From an uncultured Oscillospiraceae bacterium (GTDB taxonomy: Bacteria; Bacillota; Clostridia; Oscillospirales; Oscillospiraceae), in NCBI GenBank assembly GCA_944385795.1, contig CALWYP010000038.1:5774-69773 (forward strand): DNA of 64,000 nucleotides. The letters are read 5' to 3'. Below, one piece after another: positions 36,526 through 45,826 of the stretch. Both the position numbers and the translations under genes were made by a program. The notes under the pieces were generated by a model. The model saw nothing but the letters and a program-made list of their open reading frames with translations. It was not told where the DNA came from and ran no database searches. Positions within the stretch are counted from its first letter, which is position 1. Every line of letters starts with the position of its first letter.

Positions 36526-37344
36526 ATGGATATTATGAACATAGTTTACGCCATACTCGTGCTCGGCGTCATGGGCGCCATCTTCGGCGGCCTGCTCGCC
36601 TTTGCGGCGAAGATATTCTACGTCGAGCAGGATGAGCGCATCACCCAGGTGCGCGAGTGCCTGGCCGGCGCGAACTGCGGCGGCTGCGGCTTCGCCGGCT
36701 GCGACGCCTACGCCGCGGCGGTGGTCGCGGGCGAAGCGCCCCCCAACAAGTGCGGCCCCGGCGGCAAGAAGGCCGCGGAAGCCGTCGCGGCCATCATGGG
36801 CCTCGACGCCGGCGCGGAGGTCAAGTATGTCGCCTACGTCCCCTGCTCCGGCAGCTGCGGCACGGCCAAGGACTTCTTCGAGTACGAGGGCCCGGCCGAC
36901 TGCGTCGCCGCGATGCGCTTCGGCAACAGGGGCCCCAAGGCCTGCCAGTTTTCCTGCATCGGCCTCGGCACCTGCGTAAAGGCCTGCCAGTTCGGCGCGA
37001 TGCGCATTGAAAACGGCGTGGCCGTCGTGGACCGCGAGAAATGCACCTCCTGCATGGCCTGCGCCAGCGCCTGCCCCAAGGGCATCATCCAGAAGGTCCC
37101 CTACGAGCAGCGCGTGCTTGTCGGCTGCCGCTCCAACGACAAGGGCGCCCAGACGCGCAAGCTCTGCGACGCCGGCTGCATCGGCTGCATGAAGTGCCAG
37201 CGCGAGTGCCCGCACGAGGCGATAAAGGTCGTCAACAACCTCGCCGAGATCGACTACGCCAAGTGCGTAGGCTGCGGCCGCTGCGCCGAGGTCTGCCCGA
37301 GGCATATAATCCACCCGCAGAAGGTCTACGTCCAGGATAATTGA
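36526..37344 (+). CDS. rnfB: Rnf complex subunit B (polyferredoxin)
   Basis: N-terminal TM segment, then CGGCGFAGC and several CxxCxxCxxxCP motifs. Confidence 0.9.
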   Translation: MDIMNIVYAILVLGVMGAIFGGLLAFAAKIFYVEQDERITQVRECLAGANCGGCGFAGCDAYAAAVVAGEAPPNKCGPGGKKAAEAVAAIMGLDAGAEVKYVAYVPCSGSCGTAKDFFEYEGPADCVAAMRFGNRGPKACQFSCIGLGTCVKACQFGAMRIENGVAVVDREKCTSCMACASACPKGIIQKVPYEQRVLVGCRSNDKGAQTRKLCDAGCIGCMKCQRECPHEAIKVVNNLAEIDYAKCVGCGRCAEVCPRHIIHPQKVYVQDN

Positions 37345-37379
37345 CCTGCGCCAAGCATTGCGGCGCATTAAGCGCGCTG

Positions 37380-37409
37380 CCCCCGCCGGCCCGGCCGGCG
37401 GGGGCTTTT
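37380..37409 (+). terminator. Rho-independent terminator of the rnf operon
   Basis: CCCCCGCCGG-CCCGG-CCGGCGGGGG followed by CTTTT. Confidence 0.8.
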
Positions 37410-37481
37410 GCGTCAGGCGGGAAATATGCGAAGAATTGGCCGTAAAGGGCGGATTAGAGAAAAATATTCATTGAAACACCC

Positions 37482-37509
37482 TTGCAATCGCGGCCATATG
37501 GGATATAAT
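37482..37509 (+). promoter_or_regulatory. Sigma-A promoter for the ECF S-component/coaX pair
   Basis: TTGCAA, a 16-nt spacer, then TATAAT. Confidence 0.6.
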
Positions 37510-37563
37510 ATACCTGCGCTATATCCGGGCCGGACCTGGAACAGCAGCAGGAGGTAAATTAAT

Positions 37564-38166
37564 ATGGTAAGTTCAAGCACTGAAAAGACCAGGCGCATGG
37601 TGGTCCTGTCCATCCTCACCGCCCTGGTCGTCGTTTTGCAGCTCGTAGCGTCGAACATCCTGATCGGCTCCTTCCCGCTGACGCTGACGCTGGTGCCCGT
37701 GGTCATCGGCTCGGCGCTCTACGGGCCGAAGGCCGGGGCCTGGCTCGGCGGCGTTTTCGGCGCCGTGGTGCTCGTCATGTGCGTCATCGGCGTGGACAAG
37801 GGCGGCGTAATACTATGGAACGCCAATCCCTTCCTCACCGCCCTCATCTGCGTCGGCAAGGGCGTGCTCGCGGGCTTCTGCGCCGGCCTCGCCTATAAGG
37901 CCGTGGCCAGGGCGAACTCCCTCGGCGGCGTTATCACCGCGGCGGTCGTGAGCCCCGTCGTAAACACCGGGACCTTCATCCTCGGCCTCACCGTCCTGTT
38001 CAACCCGGTCCTTGTCAGCTGGGCGGGCGCGGACGGCAGCAGCGTCATAACCTACGTCCTCGTGGTCCTCGTCGGCGTGAACTTCTTCATCGAGCTCACG
38101 CTCAACCTCGCGCTCTCCGTCGTGATCGACCGCATCATCAACTACCGGGTGAGGAGGCTCGCCTGA
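37564..38166 (+). CDS. ECF-transporter substrate-capture (S) component, plausibly pantothenate-specific given the coaX linkage
   Basis: 200-aa protein with about 6 TM helices and an N-terminus typical of S components (RRMVVLSILTALVVVLQL). Its stop overlaps the coaX start (TGATG). Confidence 0.6.
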   Translation: MVSSSTEKTRRMVVLSILTALVVVLQLVASNILIGSFPLTLTLVPVVIGSALYGPKAGAWLGGVFGAVVLVMCVIGVDKGGVILWNANPFLTALICVGKGVLAGFCAGLAYKAVARANSLGGVITAAVVSPVVNTGTFILGLTVLFNPVLVSWAGADGSSVITYVLVVLVGVNFFIELTLNLALSVVIDRIINYRVRRLA

Positions 38167-38939
38167 TGCTCCTGGCCCTGGACGCCGGCAACACCACCAT
38201 AACCGCCGGCTGCATGGAAGACGGGCGGCTTGTGGGCCGGGCGGTTTTCGCCACGGCCCGGCGCACCGCCGACGAGTACGCGGCCCTGTTCGCCCAGGCC
38301 CTGCACATGCGCGGCGTGGAGCCGGACGGCTTTGAGGGCGCGGCCATAGCCTGCGTCGTGCCGCCGCTGACCGAGGTGCTGCGCGAGGCCGTGCATATAC
38401 TGACTGGCCGCTCCGCGCTGATTGTCGGCGCGGGGGTGAAGACGGGGCTGAACATCGGCATAGACGACCCCTCCCAGCTCGGGGCGGGCCTCGCGGCCAT
38501 AGCCGTGGGCGCCCTGGCCGGGCACGAGCCGCCGCTGATAGTCGCGGACCTCGGGACCGCCACCACGATATGCGTGATAGACGAGCGCGGCCGCCTGCGC
38601 GGCGGGGCCATCCTGCCCGGCGCGGCCGTCTCGCTGGAGGCGCTCGCGGGCTCGGCGGCCCTGCTCCCGGGCATCCCGCTCGAGGCCCCCAGGCAGTGCA
38701 TAGGCACGAACACCAACGACTGTATGAAGTCGGGAGCCGTCTTCGGCACCGCCGCCGCGATTGACGGCATGGTGGGCCGCATGGAGCGCGAGCTGGGCGG
38801 CGGGGCCTTCCTGCTGGCCACCGGCGCCCTCGCCGGGCAGATCGTGCCCTACTGCGAGCGCGGCTTTGTGATCGACGACGACCTCGCCATGAAGGGCCTC
38901 TACCGCATCTGGACTAAGAACCAGCGGGCAAGGAAATAA
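38166..38939 (+). CDS. coaX: Type III pantothenate kinase
   Basis: N-terminal LLALDAGNTTI motif and a central DLGTATT phosphate-binding motif. 257 aa. Confidence 0.9.
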   Translation: MLLALDAGNTTITAGCMEDGRLVGRAVFATARRTADEYAALFAQALHMRGVEPDGFEGAAIACVVPPLTEVLREAVHILTGRSALIVGAGVKTGLNIGIDDPSQLGAGLAAIAVGALAGHEPPLIVADLGTATTICVIDERGRLRGGAILPGAAVSLEALAGSAALLPGIPLEAPRQCIGTNTNDCMKSGAVFGTAAAIDGMVGRMERELGGGAFLLATGALAGQIVPYCERGFVIDDDLAMKGLYRIWTKNQRARK

Positions 38940-38945
38940 GAAGGC

Positions 38946-38982
38946 AAAAGCCTCCGTATGCGCGCATACGGAGGCTCTTTTT
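38946..38982. terminator. Bidirectional terminator between coaX and the convergent FMN enzyme gene
   Basis: Perfect palindrome GCCTCCGTATGCG/CGCATACGGAGGC flanked by an A-run and a T-run. Confidence 0.8.
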
Positions 38983-38999
38983 CTTTCTGCCAGCGCCGC

Positions 39000-40037
39000 T
39001 TATACCACGGCGACCCTGGCCGCGGTTATATCGCCGACAGTGCGGCAGCCGGTCAGGACCATGAGGTTTTCAAGCTCGGCGCGCTTGGCGGAGGCGTACA
39101 TGGCGACGCCCTCCGCGCCGCCTTCAAGGGCGCTCCCGCCCGTGGCCGCCACGACGAAGGGGCGGCCGATCATGGCCGCGTCCGCGCCGAGGGCCAGGAC
39201 CTTGAAGATGTCCGCCCCGGTGCGTATGCCACCGTCGACGATGATGGTGAGCGCGTCCCCTACGGCGCGGCGTATCTCCGGCAGCACCTGGGCCGTGGCC
39301 TGGGCGGAGGGGAGCACGCGCCCGCCGTGAGTGGAGACTACTATGCCGCCGCAGCCAGCCTCGGCGCACTTCACCGCGCCCTCGGCGGTCATCACGCCCT
39401 TGGCGATGAAGGGTATGGGCAGGGCGGAGCAGATTTCGCGCAGGTCGGCGGCGGATTTCGGGGCCAGGAGGCTCACGGAATCGCCCATATTGGCGAAGGC
39501 CGCCGCGTCTATGTCGCAGGCGAGGGCGGGGGCCCCGGCCGCGGCGCACTCGAGGCCGCGGGAGATTATCTTGCCGTTGTCGCGCCAGGGCTTGAGCGTG
39601 CAGACGTTTATGCCGCCGTTGGCCTTCGCGGCCTTCAGCCCGAGCTCGTACTGGTCGCTGAGGGCGTTGTCGCCCGTGAAGGGCAGCACGCCGGCCATGC
39701 GGGAACCGGCCACGGCCGCGTCGGACCAGTACCCGTCGCTGATGGCGCCGTTATAGTTGTAGTTCATGCCGCCTATGGGCGCGAGGCAGAGCGGCAGGGA
39801 GAGCCTGACGCCGAAGAGCTCCGTGGAGGCGTCGGGCTGCCAGGGCTCGTGCACGGTGTCCATGCGTATCTTGACGCGGCTGAGGAATTCGGTGCAGGCT
39901 GTCCAGCTCGAGCCGTCCCCCGCGGCGCCCACGCCGGGCATTTCGCCCCGGCAGGCGCGGCCGTTGCACTCCGGGCAAGCGCGGCAGTTCGGGGCCATGA
40001 GCTCCCGGGCCTTTTCCCATATCTCGTTCAAATTCAT
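39000..40037 (-). CDS. FMN-dependent alpha-hydroxy-acid-oxidising family enzyme (TIM barrel) with an N-terminal four-Cys motif
   Basis: IVVSTHGGR and DGGIRTGADIFKVLALGADAAMIGRP blocks typical of the family. N-terminal CRACPECNGRAC. Confidence 0.7.
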   Translation of the reverse strand: MNLNEIWEKARELMAPNCRACPECNGRACRGEMPGVGAAGDGSSWTACTEFLSRVKIRMDTVHEPWQPDASTELFGVRLSLPLCLAPIGGMNYNYNGAISDGYWSDAAVAGSRMAGVLPFTGDNALSDQYELGLKAAKANGGINVCTLKPWRDNGKIISRGLECAAAGAPALACDIDAAAFANMGDSVSLLAPKSAADLREICSALPIPFIAKGVMTAEGAVKCAEAGCGGIVVSTHGGRVLPSAQATAQVLPEIRRAVGDALTIIVDGGIRTGADIFKVLALGADAAMIGRPFVVAATGGSALEGGAEGVAMYASAKRAELENLMVLTGCRTVGDITAARVAVV

Positions 40038-40122
40038 AGCAACCTCCCGCCGTTTGCGCGGCTTTTCGTAAAATATAGTCTGATTTTACTACATTAATCC
40101 ACAGGTGGCAAGGGTTTTCAGA

Positions 40123-40163
40123 GAAAAAAGTGAAGCGCCGAGGCGGGAGGGCCCGCCTCGGCG
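40123..40163 (-). terminator. Rho-independent terminator after the vWA gene
   Basis: Minus strand GCGCCGAGGCGGG-CCCT-CCCGCCTCGGCGC followed by TTCACTTTTTT. Confidence 0.75.
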
Positions 40164-40192
40164 TTGGGTATATACGCGCTGCCCGGGCGCGC

Positions 40193-41914
40193 TCACATCG
40201 AGCCTATGAGCTCGACTATAACCTTGCCGACGGCGTCGGCGAACTGGCTTATGGAGCGGATGCGGACGAGCTCCCGGCCGTAGATGCGCCTCGCGTTGGG
40301 CAGGTCGGCCTCCTCGCCGGTGAAGACGCACATGACGCTCACGCCCATGCGGCGCAGGCGCTCGACCTCGGCGGAGGAGTCCGCCACGCCGAGCTCGCTC
40401 TGGTAGCCCTTCATATGCCCGTCGGCGTCCGGTATGCGCTTGACGTCGTTCGGGCTGCAGTCCGAGAGGGTTATGAGCAGACGGCGCTCGTAGTGCGTGC
40501 CGCTCAGCAGGTAGTTGGCCGCGCGCAGGGCCAGGCCGTCGCGGTTGAAGCCGGCGGCGGAGTAGCTGAAGACCGCGGCGTTCCTGTCCGTCTCCTCATA
40601 GTCGCGGTAGACGCGCAGCACGGTGCAGTTGCCCAGCGAGCAGAAGCTGGATACGCGCACGGGCACGCCGCAGCGCGTCAGGCTCTCGGCCAGTATAAAG
40701 GCCTGCGCCGCCACCTTCTCCTGGCGCTGGAGCTGGCTGGCCGAGCCGTCCAGCAGCACGTCGACGGAGAGCTCCGTGTCCGTGGTACGCTCGTGCTTTA
40801 CGAAGACGCGCCCGTCGTTCAGGTAGACCCCGCGCCAGAGGGCGGGGACGTTGAGCTGGCCGGCGCGGGACTTTATCATGGAGTCGTCCAGATGTACGAG
40901 GATACAGTTCTTGACCTTCTCGGTCAGGCGGATTATGGCCAGCTTGTGCGCGATTATGCCGTCCTCGTAATACTTGAGGTTCGCGCCGCGCTGCTCGCCC
41001 GCCGCCTTGCGGTGGATCAGCACCTCGCCGTCGCGCACTTCGCCGGGGGGCAGGTCGCCGCGCGTGAAGTGCAGCATACAGCCGGCGTGCTTATCGCGGC
41101 AGAGCCTCTGCTCGATGTCGCCCGTCTCGCGCGGGGAGAACATGCTCTCGCCAAAGCAGTCGGCGACGTAGCGGCGCAGCTCCTGCGGCGACTTCGCGCC
41201 GGTTATGCGGTCCATAGCGCCGGCCTTCGCCTTCTTGCGCTTGACCTCCTTGGAGCTGACGCGCGCGCCGAGGTTGTAGCGGCGGCGGCCCAGGCCGCCC
41301 ATGAACTGCGGCAGCTTGGCCAGGCTCTCGCGCCGGAGCATACCGCCGGTGACGCCGAAATAGTCCTTGAGTATATCCTTCATGCGCTCGACAAGCTGCT
41401 CGCTCGTGAGCTCGGGCGGGAACTCCAGGGCGGAGAGTATCTTCTCCTCACGCGGCGGGAGGGAATGCCTGTCGCCCAGCGCGCGGCGGTAGTGCTCGAG
41501 CTTGATCCTGTCGTATATGGGCAGGTCCAGGTCGTTCCAGCCCTCAGCCTGCGCCTCGACGGAGCGGGCGTAGCCGCGCCTGAGCAGCCGCAGCGCCGGG
41601 CGGTCGGCCACGGCGCGCAGGTAAGCGCAGTTCTCCAGGCCCGTCCAGAACAGGTCCTGATAGGCCTCGCCGTTCGGCGCGTTTTCCATCGCGTCGAGCA
41701 GGCGCTTTATGACGTCGTAGTCGTAATACTTGTACACGGCGCCCACGATGCTGTTCATATACACGTCGGCGTAGCCGGCCGCGTCGTAGGCGCGGGAGGT
41801 CGGGCGCAGGCCGTAGTCGCCGGCGGCGTTCCAGATCAGGTTCGTCGCGCGCCGCTCCTGCTGCTCCTGCTCGCGCTCGCTGAGCTCCTCGGGGGCCTTC
41901 CTCAGCGCGCACAT
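40193..41914 (-). CDS. von Willebrand factor A (vWA) domain protein, NorD/CbbO/CobT-like partner of a MoxR ATPase
   Basis: C-terminal vWA domain with MIDAS motif VLLDGSASQ. The long N-terminal region has no recognised motifs. The start lies 2 nt after the ATPase stop. Confidence 0.75.
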   Translation of the reverse strand: MCALRKAPEELSEREQEQQERRATNLIWNAAGDYGLRPTSRAYDAAGYADVYMNSIVGAVYKYYDYDVIKRLLDAMENAPNGEAYQDLFWTGLENCAYLRAVADRPALRLLRRGYARSVEAQAEGWNDLDLPIYDRIKLEHYRRALGDRHSLPPREEKILSALEFPPELTSEQLVERMKDILKDYFGVTGGMLRRESLAKLPQFMGGLGRRRYNLGARVSSKEVKRKKAKAGAMDRITGAKSPQELRRYVADCFGESMFSPRETGDIEQRLCRDKHAGCMLHFTRGDLPPGEVRDGEVLIHRKAAGEQRGANLKYYEDGIIAHKLAIIRLTEKVKNCILVHLDDSMIKSRAGQLNVPALWRGVYLNDGRVFVKHERTTDTELSVDVLLDGSASQLQRQEKVAAQAFILAESLTRCGVPVRVSSFCSLGNCTVLRVYRDYEETDRNAAVFSYSAAGFNRDGLALRAANYLLSGTHYERRLLITLSDCSPNDVKRIPDADGHMKGYQSELGVADSSAEVERLRRMGVSVMCVFTGEEADLPNARRIYGRELVRIRSISQFADAVGKVIVELIGSM

Positions 41915-41915
41915 A

Positions 41916-42830
41916 TCAATCGAAGAGCCCGCCGCGCCCGAGGTCGGCAGGTATGCGCGAGGTGACGACGTCCTCGACGAGCTTGCGCTCGAAGGGGTCG
42001 AAGGCCTTGTTTATGATGCCCATGCGCAGCGCCTCCACGGCGTTCAGGCCGCGGGCCATGAGGTCGACGGCCGCCATCAGGCCGCGCAGGTCCAGGGCCT
42101 TCGTGGAGATCTCCGCGCTGTCCACCTTGCGGCGCAGGTCGCTGTAGAGGCCAGTGAACTGGTCGGCCCACTCGTCCTTGAGCTCCGGATGCTCGCGCTT
42201 GAGGAGCTTTTTGAGGTTTTCCGCCGTGATCGGCGGCATCTCTATCACGACGAAGCGGCTCACCAGGGCCTCGTTCAGCTCGCGGGTGCCGGCGTAGCCG
42301 TAGTTCATGGTGCCTATAAAGCGCGCCGCGCCGTCCATCTGTATGCGGTCGTAGCCGGGCACGTCTATTACGCGGCGGAAGTCCAGCGTGGCGTGCAGCA
42401 CGGCCAGGGATTCGTTCTTGGCCATGTTTATCTCGTCGAGGATACCGAAGCCGCCCAGCGTGGCGCACTGGGTTATCGGGCCCGGGCGGAAGCTCACCTC
42501 GCCGTCCTTGAACGTGTCCGTGCCTATGAGCGAGGCCGCGCCGGTGTTGATGTAGAAGCTCACGTCCCAGCTCGGCCGGCCGAAGGCGGCCGCGAGGTTC
42601 TCCGCAAGCACGTTCTTACCCGTGGCCTTGGGGCCGACGAGCAGCAGGTTCTCGCCGCAGAGCAGGGCGGTCGCCGCGGCCTCCCATATCTCCTTGCCGT
42701 AATAGTCGAAGCGCGGCTTGTCCAGAAGCCTGCGCCCCGCCTCGGCGGAGACGGGATGCGCCGCGCGGAACTCCTCTATGGCCGAAATTATACCCGGATC
42801 TATGCCTTCCTGTCGCAGAAAGTCAAGCAT
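41916..42830 (-). CDS. MoxR-class AAA+ ATPase (CbbQ/NorQ/NirQ-like)
   Basis: Walker A LLLVGPKATGKN, Walker B GILDEINMA, and a sensor region. ATG 42830 follows GGAGG by 7 nt. The track start 42917 lacks an RBS. Confidence 0.8.
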   Translation of the reverse strand: MLDFLRQEGIDPGIISAIEEFRAAHPVSAEAGRRLLDKPRFDYYGKEIWEAAATALLCGENLLLVGPKATGKNVLAENLAAAFGRPSWDVSFYINTGAASLIGTDTFKDGEVSFRPGPITQCATLGGFGILDEINMAKNESLAVLHATLDFRRVIDVPGYDRIQMDGAARFIGTMNYGYAGTRELNEALVSRFVVIEMPPITAENLKKLLKREHPELKDEWADQFTGLYSDLRRKVDSAEISTKALDLRGLMAAVDLMARGLNAVEALRMGIINKAFDPFERKLVEDVVTSRIPADLGRGGLFD

Positions 42831-42953
42831 GCTGCTGCCTCCATTTGTCAGTCTTACGACGTTACGATTAAACGTTCGTTTATAAGACGATTCTATCACA
42901 TTTTTCCGATATGTCAAAAGTTTTCGCTGAGGGGCCGAAGCGCCGCAATTTGT

Positions 42954-43000
42954 TTGACTATACGGAAGTTATATGTTAAACTGTGAACGATGAATTCACA
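42954..43000 (+). promoter_or_regulatory. Promoter with an inverted repeat at the predicted transcription start, upstream of the Fe-S flavoprotein gene
   Basis: TTGACT (42954..42959), a 17-nt spacer, then TAAACT (42977..42982). Inverted repeat TGTGAA-N7-TTCACA at 42982..43000. Confidence 0.45.
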
Positions 43001-43137
43001 ATTTTCTACAAGCCCGGCCCGTGATTTGACCACGGAATTTGTAGAAAATGCGTTACCCGGCCCCTCCGGGCCGGAAGCGGAAGAGGGAAGATACGTCGAA
43101 AATTAATAAAATTCAAAGCGAAGGGGGAAAAGCCTAG

Positions 43138-45825
43138 ATGAGAAGCTCTATACTCAAGCTGGCCACTAAGATCAGCCTGGAGTGCGGCACCTACACCGGC
43201 GTCACGCCCAACGACCCCGAGTACAAGATACTCGACCCGGTTATAACCGACGAGATGGCGGAGATCGCCATGGGCCTCAAGGTGCGCAAGTACGTCAGCG
43301 CGGAACAGGTGGCGAAGAAGGTCAAGAAGCCTCTCGAGCGCTGCAAGGAAGTGCTCTACGAGCTGGCGGACATCGGACTGTGCCGCGTGAACCTCAAGGA
43401 CGGGGAGGACAAGTTTTTCCTGCCCATATGGGTGCCGGGCATCATGGAGATGATGGTCGGCAACAAGGAGCTGTGCGAGCGCTACCCCGTAATCGCGGAG
43501 TGCTTTGAGGAATACACGCGCCGGCGCATCGCGCCCCTCGCGCCCTTTATCCCCGTGGGGCAGGGCATGATGCGCGTCATCCCGGTGGAGATGGCGATAA
43601 AGAACGACACGCACAAGGGAAGCTACGAGGAGATACACGAGATTGTGGAGAACTCCTGGGCCATCGCCGTCACGGACTGCTCCTGCCGGCGCACGCGCCG
43701 CCTGATGGGCGAGGGCTGCGGCCACCTGGAGAAGGACGTCTGCATTTTCTTCAACGAGGGCGCGGAATACCATATCCGCACGGGCCACGGCCGCGAGATA
43801 GACAAGGCGGAGTGCTATGAGATACTCAAGCGCTGCGAGGAAAACGGCCTTGTCCACGAGATATCGAACCTCGACCCGCCCAACGGCGCGGCGGCCATAT
43901 GCAACTGCTGCGGCTGCTCTTGCTTCTCCCTGCGCATAGCCGAGTACCTGAAGACCCCGGACGTCATCCGCTCCAACTACGTCGCCGAGGTCGACCCGGC
44001 CAAGTGCGTCGCCTGCGGGCTGTGCGTGGAGAACTGCAACCTCGGCGCGCTCAAGCTCGGCCAGAAGCTCTGCGGCACGCCGACGCAGCCGCCCGAGCAC
44101 GCCACGCCTCACGACAAGCTGCTCTGGTTCGGCGAGGACAACTACGACAAGTATTACCGCACCAACCGCGGCTACACCGCCGAGGGCGGCACCGCCCCGT
44201 GCAAGACGCGCTGCCCGGCGCATATCCCCGTGCAGGGCTACATAAAGCTCGCCAGCCAGGGCAAGTTTGACGAGGCCCTGGAGCTGATACGCAAGGAGAA
44301 CCCCTTCCCGGCGGTCTGCGGCCGCGTCTGCCCGCGCTTCTGCGAGGAGGCCTGCTCCCGCGGCGGGGTCGACGCGCCCGTGGCCATAGACGAGGTCAAG
44401 AAGTTCCTCGCCCAGCGCGAGCTCTCGCCGGAGACGCGGCGCGTGCCCAAGATGCTGAATATGACAGGCAAGCCCTTCACGAACAAGATCGCCGTCGTGG
44501 GCTCCGGCCCGGCCGGCATGAGCTGCGCGTATTACCTCGCGCTCAAGGGTTACCCCGTCACCGTGTTTGAGAAGCAGAAGAGCGTGGGCGGCATGCTGAT
44601 GAACGGCATACCCAGCTTCCGCCTGGAGAAGGACGTCGTCGCCGCCGAGATAGACATACTCCGCGAGCTCGGCGTGGAGTTCAAGACCGGCGTGGAGGTC
44701 GGCAAGGACGTCACGCTCGCCGGGCTCAGGAGCCAGGGCTACGAGGCCTTCTTCCTCGCCATAGGCGCGTCCAAGGCGGCCGCGCTGAACATCCCCGGTG
44801 AGAAATACCGCGGCGTCATAAGCGGGCTCGACCTGCTCCGCCGCGCGGAGGGCCCCCGCCCGCCCGTCATGAACGGGCACACCGTGGTAATAGGCGGCGG
44901 CAACGTGGCCATCGACGCGGCGCGCACGGCGCTGCGCCTGGGCGCCCAGGACGTCACCGTGGTCTACCGCCGCGGCCGCGAGGACATGCCCGCCGACAGC
45001 GAGGAGGTCGCCGAGGCCGAGGCCGAGGGCGTCAGGTTCAGGTTCCTGGCCAGCCCCCTGCGCATAAAGGGCAGCGACGGCAAGGCCGTGGAGCTGGAGG
45101 TCCAGCTCATGGCCCAGGGCGAGGCCGACGGCGCGGGCAGACACAAGTGCGTGCCCATAGAGGGGGCCACGGAGCTCATCCCCGCCGGGACGGTCATAGC
45201 CGCCATAGGCCAGAAAATCGACTGGGGCGGGCTGCTCGAGGGCAGCCGCGTCCAGCTGCGCCGCTCCGGCGCGGCGGAGGCCGACCGCGTCACGCTCCAG
45301 ACCATGGAGAGCGACGTCTTCGTGGGCGGCGACGCGCGCACGGGCCCGAGCTTCGTCATCGACGCCATCGCCGAGGGCAAGGAGGCCGCCGAGAGCATAC
45401 ACCGCTTCGTGCAGCCCGGCCAGAGCCTGACGATAGGCCGCCGCGTGAAGGATTACGCCGAGCTCGACAGGTCCGAGGCGGACCTCTCCGGCTACGACCG
45501 CGCCCCGAGGGAGCACGCCGCCGCAGCGGACCCGGAAAAGGCGCGCGGGACCTTCCGCGACCTGCGCGGGACCTTCACCGCCGAACAGGTGCTGCGCGAG
45601 ACGGAGCGCTGCCTCGGCTGCGGCGCGACGGTCGTCGACCAGAGCGCCTGCGTCGGCTGCGGCGTCTGCACCACCAAGTGCCAATTCGACGCCATACGCC
45701 TCGTGCGCGTCACGGACAACTCCGGCAAGGTCTACGAAAAGCTCATGCCCGAGAGCGGCAAAAACGTCGTGCGCCGCGTAAAGGAGATAGCCGTCAAGCG
45801 CGTCTCCCGCCCGCGCGGGAAGTGA
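43138..45825 (+). CDS. Multidomain Fe-S flavoprotein: Cys-rich N-terminal domain, ferredoxin domain, GltD-like NAD(P)H/FAD oxidoreductase and C-terminal ferredoxin
   Basis: Cys motifs CSCRRTRRLMGEGCG ... CNCCGCSC. CVACGLCVENC. GltD-type CKTRCPAHIPVQGYI ... CGRVCPRFCEEAC. Rossmann motifs KIAVVGSGPAGMSCAYYL and VVIGGGNVAIDAA. C-terminal CLGCG ... CVGCGVCTTKC. Confidence 0.75.
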   Translation: MRSSILKLATKISLECGTYTGVTPNDPEYKILDPVITDEMAEIAMGLKVRKYVSAEQVAKKVKKPLERCKEVLYELADIGLCRVNLKDGEDKFFLPIWVPGIMEMMVGNKELCERYPVIAECFEEYTRRRIAPLAPFIPVGQGMMRVIPVEMAIKNDTHKGSYEEIHEIVENSWAIAVTDCSCRRTRRLMGEGCGHLEKDVCIFFNEGAEYHIRTGHGREIDKAECYEILKRCEENGLVHEISNLDPPNGAAAICNCCGCSCFSLRIAEYLKTPDVIRSNYVAEVDPAKCVACGLCVENCNLGALKLGQKLCGTPTQPPEHATPHDKLLWFGEDNYDKYYRTNRGYTAEGGTAPCKTRCPAHIPVQGYIKLASQGKFDEALELIRKENPFPAVCGRVCPRFCEEACSRGGVDAPVAIDEVKKFLAQRELSPETRRVPKMLNMTGKPFTNKIAVVGSGPAGMSCAYYLALKGYPVTVFEKQKSVGGMLMNGIPSFRLEKDVVAAEIDILRELGVEFKTGVEVGKDVTLAGLRSQGYEAFFLAIGASKAAALNIPGEKYRGVISGLDLLRRAEGPRPPVMNGHTVVIGGGNVAIDAARTALRLGAQDVTVVYRRGREDMPADSEEVAEAEAEGVRFRFLASPLRIKGSDGKAVELEVQLMAQGEADGAGRHKCVPIEGATELIPAGTVIAAIGQKIDWGGLLEGSRVQLRRSGAAEADRVTLQTMESDVFVGGDARTGPSFVIDAIAEGKEAAESIHRFVQPGQSLTIGRRVKDYAELDRSEADLSGYDRAPREHAAAADPEKARGTFRDLRGTFTAEQVLRETERCLGCGATVVDQSACVGCGVCTTKCQFDAIRLVRVTDNSGKVYEKLMPESGKNVVRRVKEIAVKRVSRPRGK

Positions 45826-45826
45826 T

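Noticed and set aside
42982-43000. Interpretation of TGTGAA-N7-TTCACA as a canonical Rex or CRP site
   Set aside because: The spacing is 7 nt, not the 4 nt (Rex) or 6 nt (CRP/FNR, TGTGA-N6-TCACA) required. It is kept only as a generic inverted repeat.
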